The notes under the pieces were generated by a model that was given only the letters and a program-made list of their open reading frames with translations, did not search any database and was not told the DNA's origin. The position numbers were made by a program, and so were the translations under genes. From NCBI GenBank assembly GCA_964016885.1, contig OZ024743.1, forward strand, positions 22,444,001 to 22,508,000: a stretch of 64,000 bases of DNA, in the 5' to 3' direction. Source of the DNA: Eledone cirrhosa. Lineage: Eukaryota. Positions within the stretch are counted from its first letter, which is position 1. The number at the start of each line of letters is the position of its first letter. Positions 26,570-42,900 of the stretch are shown here, piece by piece.

Positions 26570-26944
26570 CTGAAAATTAAAATAAAATTTGAATAAACTT
26601 TTCATTAAAATTGAATCAAAACAACTGATCAATTGTGTCATTCAAGTTTATATTATAATATTGATTACAAGGTTGGTGCCCCAGCATGGCCTCAGCCGGA
26701 TGGCTGGAACAGGTAAAAGAGTAAAAGAATACCAAGTTAAACACAAGGCTAGTAAATTTGTGGGATAGTACTTGACTGGTATTTTATTTTATTGACCCCA
26801 GGTGGATAATAGGTAAAGTGGACCTCAGCAAGATTTGAAATCAGAATGTAAAGAACCAATCAAATGCCATTTTACCCAATAATCTTCCAATTTTGCCAAT
26901 TCTCTGCCAATATTTAAGCATATGTTATTGCATGCCCTCTTGTG

Positions 26945-27203
26945 CTACAAGCAGCGTATTGAGCCGGTGCTTATCCCAGTTTCATTGTGTGAAGTGATAG
27001 AGTGTAAGACTCCCCCATGGACAGGACGCCAGTCCATCACAGGGTTAAACCCCCAGCTATTACTGGTATTCATTTTCAGCTGAGTATAAGGAGCAACGTG
27101 AAATGAAGTGTTTCGCTCAACACAACACAACACAGCCCAGGAATCGAACCCACAACATTACAATCATAAGTCCAACACCCTTACCACTATGCCACATGCC
27201 TTC
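26945..27203 (-). mobile_element. tRNA-derived SINE, family-B head with a different 3' body
   Basis: Head TGGCATAGTGG...GGTTCGATTCC shared with the 9981 copy; body CCCTGTGATGGACTGGCGTCCTGTCC recalls V-SINE-type central domains (from memory). Confidence 0.75.
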
Positions 27204-30200
27204 ACATATATTACTAGGGAGAATAAATAAGTTGGTAAACAGCATTCATATGAAACACAGAAGCTGGAATGGATAACTCATTTTTCTCATTTGGGACAAC
27301 ATATGTTGCGAAACCTTCTCCTTGCTAGCCCTGCCACTTTGACCAAGTCAGGAGTTGTTTGTTTCCCACTTTGTAGAGAAGTGGAATTCACAGTGGTCAC
27401 TAATGAAACTATCAATGTTCTCAATCCCTCGACTGCTACTCTCCTATATCAAATTGGGATGAAAGCATCATGCCTGAGGAATGAACTATATGGATATTGC
27501 TGGGTGATGCTTTGTGGAAACACTTTTTGCTATTTAACCCACAGGGCATAAGGGAGACCAAATTATTCAACACAAATTGTAGAATTTGTTTATTTTAATA
27601 AATTCTATACTATATTCTAAAAATCTAGTTGAGACATTGTTGGCCAAAGAGCATTAAAATCTAATTAGACATGATTATGCAACAAAATAAAAAAAAAAGA
27701 GAATTAGTATTAGTCAATGTTTAATATTTTTTTAATTATTTTGATTTGAATGGGAGGTAACTCTGGGCATGTTTCTCTCCTTTGATCTCATCATCAAAAC
27801 ACAGATTTCTTCAAAATTGCTGAAGAGGAGATACAAGAATCACAAAATAAATGTCTGAACACTGATTAAGGGTGGTGGACTGGCAGAAATAGTAAAGCAT
27901 TGGATAAAATGTCATTGCAGTATTTGTTCTGGCTCTTTTCATTTTGAGTTCAAATCATGCTAAGGACAACTTTGCCTTTCATCCTTCTGGAGTCAATAAA
28001 ATAAAATACCAGTCATATGCTGATGTTCCTTTCACCAACTGTGCCCTTTCCTTCTAAATAATTTGCATTGAGCCTAAATTAAAAATCAATATTTTACACT
28101 GGCTGGTATAGAAAATAGAATTGTTAAGAGAATATATTACTGAGAGATGCAATCACATGAAAAACAATAGTTAATTTAGTGTTAATTTTAATAATGAAGT
28201 GTACATTATAATTTAACTCATATAATGCAGGGAGAATTATAACATTACTCATATTAAAAAGAGCATTAATTAGATATTAGGTATGTCAAGAGACTTTCAC
28301 TCAAATTCAGTACCCATTTAATATTTTCTAATTTAGGTACAAGGCTATATAATGAATAATGAATGCATGTGGTAAAAGTCAATTATATCAACCCCAGCAT
28401 TTATCTGGTACTTTACTTTATTGACTTAAGAAGAATGAAAAGCAAAGTTGACTTTGGTAGGATTTGAACTCAGAATGAAAACAACTGGAAGAAGTAATTC
28501 AAAGCATTTTCACAGGTTCTTACAATTCTGCCAATCCCTGACCCATTTGATAATCAAACAGTTTTATTTTACACGTTTCAATGCACCATCAGAGATATTT
28601 CAGAAATACTCTAATGTAAAGAGCATGTTGATATTCTAAACAACAGTTGATGAAATAATGTATTTTGGAATATGATTTTTAATTTAGGTACAAGGCCAGC
28701 AATTTCTAGGGAGGAGAAAGTCAATTTTATTGACTCCAGTACTTAACTGCTACTTCACCATAAGGATGAAAGAAAAAGTTTACCATGGAAGGAATGGAAC
28801 TCAGAATATAAAATGTCGTAATTAGATGCCTCAAAGCACTTGGTGCAACATTTTAATGATTTTGTGAATCTACCACCCTTGTATTTTGAGATAATAAAGA
28901 AACAAAAAGGTAATTGTTTGATACAGTCATTGATTATGTCAAATACGTGTGAACTCTATGAAAGAGGGTTTGAAGGTAGTCACCCTAATTCAAATGACTG
29001 AGCTTTGATGTTGTATAAGGGCACTAAGATATCCTGCTAACAACACATGAATTAGGGTGGTCTATGTTCAGGGAAGAAAATGTTTGCTGAAGATTGTGCA
29101 CAGAATGTGTGAAAGAAGTGTCAAATAGGGTTACTGATATAACATGAATTTAGCGACATATGATAACAAGTAGGTTGCTGTGAACAGAAGGAAGTATTAA
29201 AAAGATAATTAAGTTCAGAGACACATGCAACAAGTTTCTTATCAATGTATGATGCAATGAAACATCATATTAAGATTAGTGATGAGTAGAGCAACCAATT
29301 TGTCACAAGCTTTTATCTCAGATATAAATAAAGGCTTGGATGATATCAGGGATAACAACTTTAGATTTCTAATGTTCTAAAGAGCATTAGGTTACAGATG
29401 AGTGCATCTGGATTTATTAAACTCCTATTAAAGAATGAAACAGGATATGACAGATGTAATTTTTTGCAATTATTTCTACCATCTTAAGAATAATGACTGC
29501 TACTTTATTTTATCAAATATGGTCAAAGATATTTTTTCTTAAGAATAGGACAAACTGTTAAGAATTTCTTTATACCCAGATAAATCTGGATTGGTAGTAT
29601 CAGTAGAGCATAAAACACCATGCTTTGCAGCATAGAGCTATGACCCTTTATGTTCTGAGTTCAAATCCTGCCGAGGTTAGCTTTTCCTTACGCGGTTGAT
29701 AAAATAAAGTACCAGTAACATACTGGAGTAGATTTAATCCACTTTCCCTTTCCCTTGTGCCTGTAGTAGAAATCATTATTTTTATGTCAACTTCCCCATG
29801 CTTGTATGGATTGAACATGACTTTTTGAGACACTGCTTTACAGCGGGATACCTGCCCTGCCATTAACCTTTTTAATTGCATTTGATGACATGCAAGGATA
29901 CATTGTACCCAGACAAAACTGGATACACACATTGTAATATAATAAAAGACTGAAGAGTTTGGTAAAGAGTGGACCAGTTTGATACTTGGAATACTATCAG
30001 ATAGTCTGTTAATTTACACTTTAGTAATCATAGATCTGACATTAGTTAACTATCTATAGGTTATCACAAGGATCTACTGCCATAGCATAGAATGCAAAGA
30101 ATGATGATGATCATCATCATCATTTAACATCTATCTTCCACCCTAGCATGGGAAGATGTAAATAGTATAACTTTGTCAGCAAAGAAACTTGTCTGAAAGT

Positions 30201-30996
30201 GTTTAAGCATACTTGTATGTGCATATGCGTGTGTGTATGTGTGTGTATGTAATGTCTATGTATGCATGTAGAGAGCATACAAAACATTTAACAATATTAA
30301 ATGACATTTTGGGGATGAAGAAACAAGGAGGTATTATTTCATTTGAGGAAGAACAAAGACTTACAACCCTTGCATGCTACAAAGGTATATTTGCTGTTTT
30401 GATAAAATTATATTATCTTGCAGAGAGTTGATGACATGCAATAGTTGAGAGTTACGTTAAACATTTAAACTATTTAAATGTAAATAAAATAAAGTAGAAA
30501 ACAGCAATAAAATTAGATCGAAGCCTAGATTATGTTTACCATGTCAAATTAATCACTAAACTCTGCAAAGTATCATTAAATTGTTCAAATTAAGCAAATT
30601 GCATACGTTCAGCATAGCAGCAACAATCTAATTGCTTGGTTCTACATTCAGAGCTGTATTAACAATTCAGCAAGATAAATACTTGCTGAAGACAACTAAG
30701 GAAGTGGGGGCACCATTTTATTCTAATTCAATGTATTTATCATTCCCCCAATTTTTTTTTTATCAAAATTTATAGATTTTGAGGAGGGGGGACTTAAACT
30801 TTTAAGTGGTTATAATTTCAAAAGGATTGCCTACATTTTCAGTTAAAATATATACCACAAACTGCAGTGCAGTTCACAGCAGTAGACATCGGAATTGTTG
30901 TGGCATCATGTGGTACTAAGCTGAGCTCAAGTCCTTCAGTGAAAAATAGCCACATAGGAAGACATAATAACAAATACAATAACAGCGGCAACAGTT

Positions 30997-33900
30997 GTGA
31001 CAGCAACAGTTATACTGGTAGCAACAGTTATACAGACAGCACCAGTTATAGACAGCACCAGTTATAGTGACAGCAACAATTATACAGACAGCAACAATTA
31101 TAGTGACAGGAAGAGTTATAGTGACAGCAACAGTTATAGTGACAGTAACAGTTATAGTGACAGGAAGAGTTATAGTGACAGCAACAGTTATAGTGACAGC
31201 AACAGTTATAGTGACAGCAACAGTTATAGTGACAGCAACAGTTATACAGACAGCACCAGTTATAGACAGCACCAGTTATAGTGACAGCAACAATTATACA
31301 GACAGCAACAATTATAGTGACAGGAAGAGTTATAGTGACAGCAACAGTTATAGTGACAGGAAGAGTTATAGTGACAGCAACAGTTATAGTGACAGCAACA
31401 ATTATACAGACAGCAACAATTATAGTGACAGGAAGAGTTATAGTGACAGCAACAGTTATAGTGACAGGAAGAGTTATAGTGACAGCAACAGTTATAGTGA
31501 CAGCAACAGTTATAGTGACAGCAACAGTTATACAGACAGCAACAGTTATACAGACAGCAACAGTTATACAGACAGCAACAGTTATAGTGACAGGAAGAGT
31601 TATAGTGACAGCAACAGTTATAGTGACAGCAACAGTTATAGTGACAGCAACAGTTATAGTGACAGCAACAGTTATACAGACAGCACCAGTTATAGACAGC
31701 ACCAGTTATAGTGACAGCAACAATTATACAGACAGCAACAATTATAGTGACAGGAAGAGTTATAGTGACAGCAACAGTTATAGTGACAGGAAGAGTTATA
31801 GTGACAGCAACAGTTATAGTGACAGCAACAATTATACAGACAGCAACAATTATAGTGACAGGAAGAGTTATAGTGACAGCAACAGTTATAGTGACAGGAA
31901 GAGTTATAGTGACAGCAACAGTTATAGTGACAGCAACAGTTATAGTGACAGCAACAGTTATACAGACAGCAACAGTTATACAGACAGCAACAGTTATACA
32001 GACAGCAACAGTTATAGTGACAGGAAGAGTTATAGTGACAGCAACAGTTATAGTGACAGCAACAGTTATAGTGACAGCAACAGTTATAGTGACAGCAACA
32101 GTTATACAGACAGCACCAGTTATAGACAGCACCAGTTATAGTGACAGCAACAATTATACAGACAGCAACAATTATAGTGACAGGAAGAGTTATAGTGACA
32201 GCAACAGTTATAGTGACAGGAAGAGTTATAGTGACAGCAACAGTTATAGTGACAGCAACAATTATACAGACAGCAACAATTATAGTGACAGGAAGAGTTA
32301 TAGTGACAGCAACAGTTATAGTGACAGGAAGAGTTATAGTGACAGCAACAGTTATAGTGACAGCAACAGTTATAGTGACAGCAACAGTTATACAGACAGC
32401 AACAGTTATACAGACAGCAACAGTTATAGTGACAGGAAGAGTTATAGTGACAGCAACAGTTATAGTGACAGCAACAGTTATAGTGACAGCAACAGTTATA
32501 GTGACAGCAACAGTTATACAGACAGCAACAGTTATAGTGACAGCAACAGTTATAGTGACAGCAACAGTTATAGTGACAGCAACAGTTATAGTGACAGCAA
32601 CAGTTATAGTGACAGCAACAGTTATAGTGACAGCAACAGTTATAGTGACAGCAACAGTTATACAGACAGCAACAGTTATACAGACAGCAACAGTTATAGT
32701 GACAGCATCAGTTATACAGACAGCAACAGTTATACAGACAGCAACAGTTATAGTGACAGCAACAATTATACAGACAGCAACAATTATACAGACAGCAACA
32801 GTTATAGTGACAGCAACAGTTATACAGACAGCAACAGTTATAGTGACAGCAACAATTATACAGACAGCAACAATTATACAGACAGCAACAGTTATACAGA
32901 CAGCAACAGTTATAGTGACAGCAACAGTTATACAGACAGCAACAGTTATAGTGACAGCAACAGTTATAGTGACAGTAACAGTTATAGTGACAGCAACAGT
33001 TATAGTGACAGTAACAGTTATAGTGACAGCAACAGTTATAGTGACAGTAACAGTTATAGTGACAGCAACAGTTATAGTGACAGCAACAGTTATACAGACA
33101 GCAACAGTTATACAGACAGCAACAGTTATAGTGACAGCATCAGTTATACAGACAGCAACAGTTATAGTGACAGCAACAATTATACAGACAGCAACAATTA
33201 TACAGACAGCAACAATTATACAGACAGCAACAGTTATAGTGACAGCAACAGTTATAGTGACAGCAACAGTTATACAGACAGCAACAGTTATAGTGACAGC
33301 AACAATTATACAGACAGCAACAATTATACAGACAGCAACAGTTATACAGACAGCAACAGTTATAGTGACAGCAACAGTTATACAGACAGCAACAGTTATA
33401 GTGACAGCAACAGTTATAGTGACAGCAACAGTTATAGTGACAGCAACAGTTATACAGACAGCAACAGTTATAGTGACAGCAACAGTTATAGTGACAGCAA
33501 CAGTTATAGTGACAGCAACAGTTATAGTGACAGCAACAGTTATAGTGACAGCAACAGTTATACAGACAGCAACAGTTATAGTGACAGCAACAGTTATACA
33601 GACAACAACAGTTATAGTGACAGCAACAGTTATACAGACAGTAACAGTTATACAGCCAGCACCAGTTATAGTGACAGCAACAGTTATACAGACAGCAACG
33701 GTTATAGTGACAGCAACAGTTATACAGACAGCAACAGTTATAGTGACAGCAACAGTTATACAGACAGCAACAGTTATACAGACAGCAACAGCAACAGTTA
33801 TAGTGACAGCAACAGTTATAGTGACAGCAACAGTTATACAGACAGTAACAGTTATACAGACAGTAACAGTTATAGTGACAGCAACAGTTATAGTGACAGC

Positions 33901-36900
33901 AACAGTTATAGTGACAGCAACAGTTATACAGACAGCAACAGTTATACAGACAGCAACAGTTATAGTGACAGCAACAGTTATACAGACAGCAACAGTTATA
34001 GTGACAGCAACAGTTATAGTGACAGCAACAGTTATAGTGAAAGCAACAGTTATACAGACAGTAACAGTTATAGTGACGGCAACAGTTATAGTGACAGCAA
34101 CAGTTATAGTGACAGCAACAGTTATACAGACAGCAACAGTTATAGTGACAGCAACAGTTATAGTGACAGTAACAGTTATAGTGACAGCAACAGTTATAGT
34201 GAAAGCAACAGTTATACAGACAGTAACAGTTATAGTGACAGTAACAGTTATAGTGACAGCAGCAGTTATAGTGACAGCAACAGTTATAGTGAAAGCAACA
34301 GTTATACAGACAGCAACAGTTATAGTGACAGCAACAGTTATAGTGACAGCAACAGTTATACAGACAGCAACAGTTATAGTGACAGCAACAGTTATACAGA
34401 CAGTAACAGTTATACAGCCAGCACCAGTTATAGTGACAGCAACAGTTATACAGACAGCAACAGTTATAGTGACAGCAACAGTTATACAGACAGCAACAGT
34501 TATAGTGACAGCAACAGTTATAGTGACAGCAACAGTTATAGTGACAGCAACAGTTATACGGACAGCAACAGTTATAGTGACAGCAACAGTTATACAGACA
34601 GTAACAGTTATAGTGACAGCAACAGTTATAGTGACAGCAACAGTTATACAGACAGTAACAGTTATACAGCCAGCACCAGTTATAGTGACAGCAACAGTTA
34701 TACAGACAGTAACAGTTATACAGCCAGCACCAGTTATAGTGACAGCAACAGTTATACAGACAGCAACAGTTATACAGACAGTAACAGTTATAGTGACAGC
34801 AACAGTTATAGTGACAGCAACAGTTATAGTGACAGCAACAGTTATAGTGACAGCAACAGTTATACAGACAGTAACAGTTATACAGCCAGCACAAGTTATA
34901 GTGACAGCAACAGTTATACAGACAGTAACAGTTATACAGCCAGCACCAGTTATAGTGACAGCAACAGTTATACAGACAGCAACAGTTATACAGACAGTAA
35001 CAGTTATAGTGACAGCAACAGTTATAGTGACAGCAACAGTTATAGTGACAGCAACAGTTATAGTGACAGCAACAGTTATACAGACAGCAACAGTTATACA
35101 GACAGCAACAGTTATAGTGACAGCAACAGTTATAGTGACAGCAGCAGTTATAGTGACAGCAACAGTTATAGTGACAGCAACAGTTATAGTGACAGCAACA
35201 GTTATACAGACAGCAAGTTATAGTGACAGCAACAGTTATACAGACAGCAACAGTTATACAGACAGGAACAGTTATAGTGACAGCAACAGTTATACAGACA
35301 GCAACAGTTATAGTGACAACAACAGTTATAGTGACAGCATCAGTTATACAGACAGCAACAGTTATAGTGACAGCAACAATTATACAGACAGCAACAATTA
35401 TACAGACAGCAACAGTTATAGTGACAGCAACAGTTATAGTGACAGCAACAGTTATACAGACAGCAACAGTTATAGTGACAGCAACAGTTATAGTGACAGC
35501 ATCAGTTATACAGACAGCAACAGTTATAGTGACAGCAACAATTATACAGACAGCAACAATTATACAGACAGCAACAGTTATAGTGACAGCAACAGTTATA
35601 GTGACAGCAACAGTTATACAGACAGCAACAGTTATAGTGACAGCAACAGTTATAGTGACAGTAACAGTTATAGTGACAGCAACAGTTATAGTGACAGCAA
35701 CAGTTATAGTGACAGCAACAGTTATACAGACAGCAACAGTTATACAGACAGCAACAGTTATAGTGACAGCAACAGTTATAGTGACAGCAACAGTTATAGT
35801 GACAGCAACAGTTATACAGACAGCAACAGTTATAGTGACAGCAACAGTTATACAGACAACAACAGTTATAGTGACAGCAACAGTTATACCGCCAGCACCA
35901 GTTATAGTGACAGCAACAGTTATACAGACAGCAACAGTTATAGTGACAGCAACAGTTATACAGACAGCAACAGTTATAGTGACAGCAACAGTTATACAGA
36001 CAGCAACAGTTATACAGACAGCAACAGTTATAGTGACAGCAACAGTTATAGTGACAGCAACAGTTATAGTGACAGCAACAGTTATAGTGACAGCAACAGT
36101 TATACACACAGTAACAGTTATACAGACAGTAACAGTTATAGTGACAGCAACAGTTATAGTGACAGCAACAGTTATAGTGACAGCAACAGTTATACAGACA
36201 GCAACAGTTATACAGACAGCAACAGTTATACAGACAGCAACAGTTATAGTGACAGCAACAGTTATACAGACAGCAACAGTTATAGTGACAGCAACAGTTA
36301 TAGTGACAGCAACAGTTATACAGACAGTAACAGTTATACAGACAGCAACAGTTATAGTGACAGCAACAGTTATACAGACAGCAACAGTTATAGTGACAGC
36401 AACAGTTATAGTGACAGCAACAGTTATAGTGACAGCAACAGTTATACAGACAGCAACAGTTATACAGACAGCAACAGTTATAGTGACAGCAACAGTTATA
36501 GTGACAGCAACAGTTATAGTGACAGCAACAGTTATAGTGACAGCAACAGTTATACGGACAGCAACAGTTATAGTGACAGCAACAGTTATACAGACAGTAA
36601 CAGTTATAGTGACAGCAACAGTTATAGTGACAGCAACAGTTATACAGACAGTAACAGTTATACAGCCAGCACCAGTTATAGTGACAGCAACAGTTATACA
36701 GACAGTAACAGTTATACAGCCAGCACCAGTTATAGTGACAGCAACAGTTATACAGACAGCAACAGTTATACAGACAGCAACAGTTATACAGACAGTAACA
36801 GTTATAGTGACAGCAACAGTTATAGTGACAGCAACAGTTATAGTGACAGCAACAGTTATACAGACAGCAACAGTTATACAGACAGCAACAGTTATACAGA

Positions 36901-39900
36901 CAGCAACAGTTATAGTGACAGCAACAGTTATACAGACAGCAACAGTTATAGTGACAGCAACAGTTATAGTGACAGCAACAGTTATACAGACAGTAACAGT
37001 TATACAGACAGCAACAGTTATAGTGACAGCAACAGTTATACAGACAGCAACAGTTATAGTGACAGCAACAGTTATAGTGACAGCAACAGTTATAGTGACA
37101 GCAACAGTTATACAGACAGCAACAGTTATACAGACAGCAACAGTTATAGTGACAGCAACAGTTATAGTGACAGCAACAGTTATAGTGACAGCAACAGTTA
37201 TAGTGACAGCAACAGTTATACGGACAGCAACAGTTATAGTGACAGCAACAGTTATACAGACAGTAACAGTTATAGTGACAGCAACAGTTATAGTGACAGC
37301 AACAGTTATACAGACAGTAACAGTTATACAGCCAGCACCAGTTATAGTGACAGCAACAGTTATACAGACAGTAACAGTTATACAGCCAGCACCAGTTATA
37401 GTGACAGCAACAGTTATACAGACAGCAACAGTTATACAGACAGTAACAGTTATAGTGACAGCAACAGTTATAGTGACAGCAACAGTTATAGTGACAGCAA
37501 CAGTTATAGTGACAGCAACAGTTATAGTGACAGCAACAGTTATACAGACAGTAACAGTTATACAGACAGCAACAGTTATAGTGACAGCAACAGTTATACA
37601 GACAGCAACAGTTATAGTGACAGCAACAGTTATAGTGACAGCAACAGTTATAGTGACAGCAACAGTTATACAGACAGCAACAGTTATACAGACAGCAACA
37701 GTTATAGTGACAGCAACAGTTATAGTGACAGCAACAGTTATAGTGACAGCAACAGTTATAGTGACAGCAACAGTTATACGGACAGCAACAGTTATAGTGA
37801 CAGCAACAGTTATACAGACAGTAACAGTTATAGTGACAGCAACAGTTATAGTGACAGCAACAGTTATACAGACAGTAACAGTTATACAGCCAGCACCAGT
37901 TATAGTGACAGCAACAGTTATACAGACAGTAACAGTTATACAGCCAGCACCAGTTATAGTGACAGCAACAGTTATACAGACAGCAACAGTTATACAGACA
38001 GTAACAGTTATAGTGACAGCAACAGTTATAGTGACAGCAACAGTTATAGTGACAGCAACAGTTATAGTGACAGCAACAGTTATACAGACAGTAACAGTTA
38101 TACAGCCAGCACCAGTTATAGTGACAGCAACAGTTATACAGACAGTAACAGTTATACAGCCAGCACCAGTTATAGTGACAGCAACAGTTATACAGACAGC
38201 AACAGTTATACAGACAGTAACAGTTATAGTGACAGCAACAGTTATAGTGACAGCAACAGTTATAGTGACAGCAACAGTTATAGTGACAGCAACAGTTATA
38301 CAGACAGCAACAGTTATACAGACAGCAACAGTTATAGTGACAGCAACAGTTATAGTGACAGCAGCAGTTATAGTGACAGCAACAGTTATAGTGACAGCAA
38401 CAGTTATAGTGACAGCAACAGTTATACAGACAGCAAGTTATAGTGACAGCAACAGTTATACAGACAGCAACAGTTATACAGACAGGAACAGTTATAGTGA
38501 CAGCAACAGTTATACAGACAGCAACAGTTATAGTGACAACAACAGTTATAGTGACAGCATCAGTTATACAGACAGCAACAGTTATAGTGACAGCAACAAT
38601 TATACAGACAGCAACAATTATACAGACAGCAACAGTTATAGTGACAGCAACAGTTATAGTGACAGCAACAGTTATACAGACAGCAACAGTTATAGTGACA
38701 GCAACAGTTATAGTGACAGCATCAGTTATACAGACAGCAACAGTTATAGTGACAGCAACAATTATACAGACAGCAACAATTATACAGACAGCAACAGTTA
38801 TAGTGACAGCAACAGTTATAGTGACAGCAACAGTTATACAGACAGCAACAGTTATAGTGACAGCAACAGTTATAGTGACAGTAACAGTTATAGTGACAGC
38901 AACAGTTATAGTGACAGCAACAGTTATAGTGACAGCAACAGTTATACAGACAGCAACAGTTATACAGACAGCAACAGTTATAGTGACAGCAACAGTTATA
39001 GTGACAGCAACAGTTATAGTGACAGCAACAGTTATAGTGACAGCAACAGTTATACACACAGTAACAGTTATACAGACAGTAACAGTTATAGTGACAGCAA
39101 CAGTTATAGTGACAGCAACAGTTATAGTGACAGCAACAGTTATACAGACAGCAACAGTTATACAGACAGCAACAGTTATACAGACAGCAACAGTTATAGT
39201 GACAGCAACAGTTATACAGACAGCAACAGTTATAGTGACAGCAACAGTTATAGTGACAGCAACAGTTATACAGACAGTAACAGTTATACAGACAGCAACA
39301 GTTATAGTGACAGCAACAGTTATACAGACAGCAACAGTTATAGTGACAGCAACAGTTATAGTGACAGCAACAGTTATAGTGACAGCAACAGTTATACAGA
39401 CAGCAACAGTTATACAGACAGCAACAGTTATAGTGACAGCAACAGTTATAGTGACAGCAACAGTTATAGTGACAGCAACAGTTATAGTGACAGCAACAGT
39501 TATACGGACAGCAACAGTTATAGTGACAGCAACAGTTATACAGACAGTAACAGTTATAGTGACAGCAACAGTTATAGTGACAGCAACAGTTATACAGACA
39601 GTAACAGTTATACAGCCAGCACCAGTTATAGTGACAGCAACAGTTATACAGACAGTAACAGTTATACAGCCAGCACCAGTTATAGTGACAGCAACAGTTA
39701 TACAGACAGCAACAGTTATACAGACAGCAACAGTTATACAGACAGTAACAGTTATAGTGACAGCAACAGTTATAGTGACAGCAACAGTTATAGTGACAGC
39801 AACAGTTATACAGACAGCAACAGTTATACAGACAGCAACAGTTATACAGACAGCAACAGTTATAGTGACAGCAACAGTTATACAGACAGCAACAGTTATA

Positions 39901-42900
39901 GTGACAGCAACAGTTATAGTGACAGCAACAGTTATACAGACAGTAACAGTTATACAGACAGCAACAGTTATAGTGACAGCAACAGTTATACAGACAGCAA
40001 CAGTTATAGTGACAGCAACAGTTATAGTGACAGCAACAGTTATAGTGACAGCAACAGTTATACAGACAGCAACAGTTATACAGACAGCAACAGTTATAGT
40101 GACAGCAACAGTTATAGTGACAGCAACAGTTATAGTGACAGCAACAGTTATAGTGACAGCAACAGTTATACGGACAGCAACAGTTATAGTGACAGCAACA
40201 GTTATACAGACAGTAACAGTTATAGTGACAGCAACAGTTATAGTGACAGCAACAGTTATACAGACAGTAACAGTTATACAGCCAGCACCAGTTATAGTGA
40301 CAGCAACAGTTATACAGACAGTAACAGTTATACAGCCAGCACCAGTTATAGTGACAGCAACAGTTATACAGACAGCAACAGTTATACAGACAGTAACAGT
40401 TATAGTGACAGCAACAGTTATAGTGACAGCAACAGTTATAGTGACAGCAACAGTTATAGTGACAGCAACAGTTATAGTGACAGCAACAGTTATACAGACA
40501 GTAACAGTTATACAGACAGCAACAGTTATAGTGACAGCAACAGTTATACAGACAGCAACAGTTATAGTGACAGCAACAGTTATAGTGACAGCAACAGTTA
40601 TAGTGACAGCAACAGTTATACAGACAGCAACAGTTATACAGACAGCAACAGTTATAGTGACAGCAACAGTTATAGTGACAGCAACAGTTATAGTGACAGC
40701 AACAGTTATAGTGACAGCAACAGTTATACGGACAGCAACAGTTATAGTGACAGCAACAGTTATACAGACAGTAACAGTTATAGTGACAGCAACAGTTATA
40801 GTGACAGCAACAGTTATACAGACAGTAACAGTTATACAGCCAGCACCAGTTATAGTGACAGCAACAGTTATACAGACAGTAACAGTTATACAGCCAGCAC
40901 CAGTTATAGTGACAGCAACAGTTATACAGACAGCAACAGTTATACAGACAGTAACAGTTATAGTGACAGCAACAGTTATAGTGACAGCAACAGTTATAGT
41001 GACAGCAACAGTTATAGTGACAGCAACAGTTATACAGACAGTAACAGTTATACAGCCAGCACCAGTTATAGTGACAGCAACAGTTATACAGACAGTAACA
41101 GTTATACAGCCAGCACCAGTTATAGTGACAGCAACAGTTATACAGACAGCAACAGTTATACAGACAGTAACAGTTATAGTGACAGCAACAGTTATAGTGA
41201 CAGCAACAGTTATAGTGACAGCAACAGTTATAGTGACAGCAACAGTTATACAGACAGCAACAGTTATACAGACAGCAACAGTTATAGTGACAGCAACAGT
41301 TATAGTGACAGCAGCAGTTATAGTGACAGCAACAGTTATAGTGACAGCAACAGTTATAGTGACAGCAACAGTTATACAGACAGCAAGTTATAGTGACAGC
41401 AACAGTTATACAGACAGCAACAGTTATACAGACAGGAACAGTTATAGTGACAGCAACAGTTATACAGACAGCAACAGTTATAGTGACAACAACAGTTATA
41501 GTGACAGCATCAGTTATACAGACAGCAACAGTTATAGTGACAGCAACAATTATACAGACAGCAACAATTATACAGACAGCAACAGTTATAGTGACAGCAA
41601 CAGTTATAGTGACAGCAACAGTTATACAGACAGCAACAGTTATAGTGACAGCAACAGTTATAGTGACAGCATCAGTTATACAGACAGCAACAGTTATAGT
41701 GACAGCAACAATTATACAGACAGCAACAATTATACAGACAGCAACAGTTATAGTGACAGCAACAGTTATAGTGACAGCAACAGTTATACAGACAGCAACA
41801 GTTATAGTGACAGCAACAGTTATAGTGACAGTAACAGTTATAGTGACAGCAACAGTTATAGTGACAGCAACAGTTATAGTGACAGCAACAGTTATACAGA
41901 CAGCAACAGTTATACAGACAGCAACAGTTATAGTGACAGCAACAGTTATAGTGACAGCAACAGTTATAGTGACAGCAACAGTTATACAGACAGCAACAGT
42001 TATAGTGACAGCAACAGTTATACAGACAACAACAGTTATAGTGACAGCAACAGTTATACCGCCAGCACCAGTTATAGTGACAGCAACAGTTATACAGACA
42101 GCAACAGTTATAGTGACAGCAACAGTTATACAGACAGCAACAGTTATAGTGACAGCAACAGTTATACAGACAGCAACAGTTATACAGACAGCAACAGTTA
42201 TAGTGACAGCAACAGTTATAGTGACAGCAACAGTTATAGTGACAGCAACAGTTATAGTGACAGCAACAGTTATAGTGACAGCAACAGTTATACACACAGT
42301 AACAGTTATACAGACAGTAACAGTTATAGTGACAGCAACAGTTATAGTGACAGCAACAGTTATAGTGACAGCAACAGTTATACAGACAGCAACAGTTATA
42401 CAGACAGCAACAGTTATACAGACAGCAACAGTTATAGTGACAGCAACAGTTATACAGACAGCAACAGTTATAGTGACAGCAACAGTTATAGTGACAGCAA
42501 CAGTTATACAGACAGTAACAGTTATACAGACAGCAACAGTTATAGTGACAGCAACAGTTATAGTGACAGTAACAGTTATAGTGACAGCAACAGTTATACA
42601 GACAGTAACAGTTATAGTGACAGCAACAGTTATAGTGACAGCAACAGTTATAGTGACAGCAACAGTTATACAGACAGCAACAGTTATAGTGACAGCAACA
42701 GTTATACAGACAACAACAGTTATAGTGACAGCAACAGTTATACAGACAGTAACAGTTATACAGCCAGCACCAGTTATAGTGACAGCAACAGTTATACAGA
42801 CAGCAACAGTTATAGTGACAGCAACAGTTATACAGACAGCAACAGTTATAGTGACAGCAACAGTTATACAGACAGCAACAGTTATAGTGACAGCAACAGT

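Noticed and set aside
27140-27203. tRNA gene
   Set aside because: The A/B boxes belong to a SINE head that continues into repeat body, with no intact cloverleaf.
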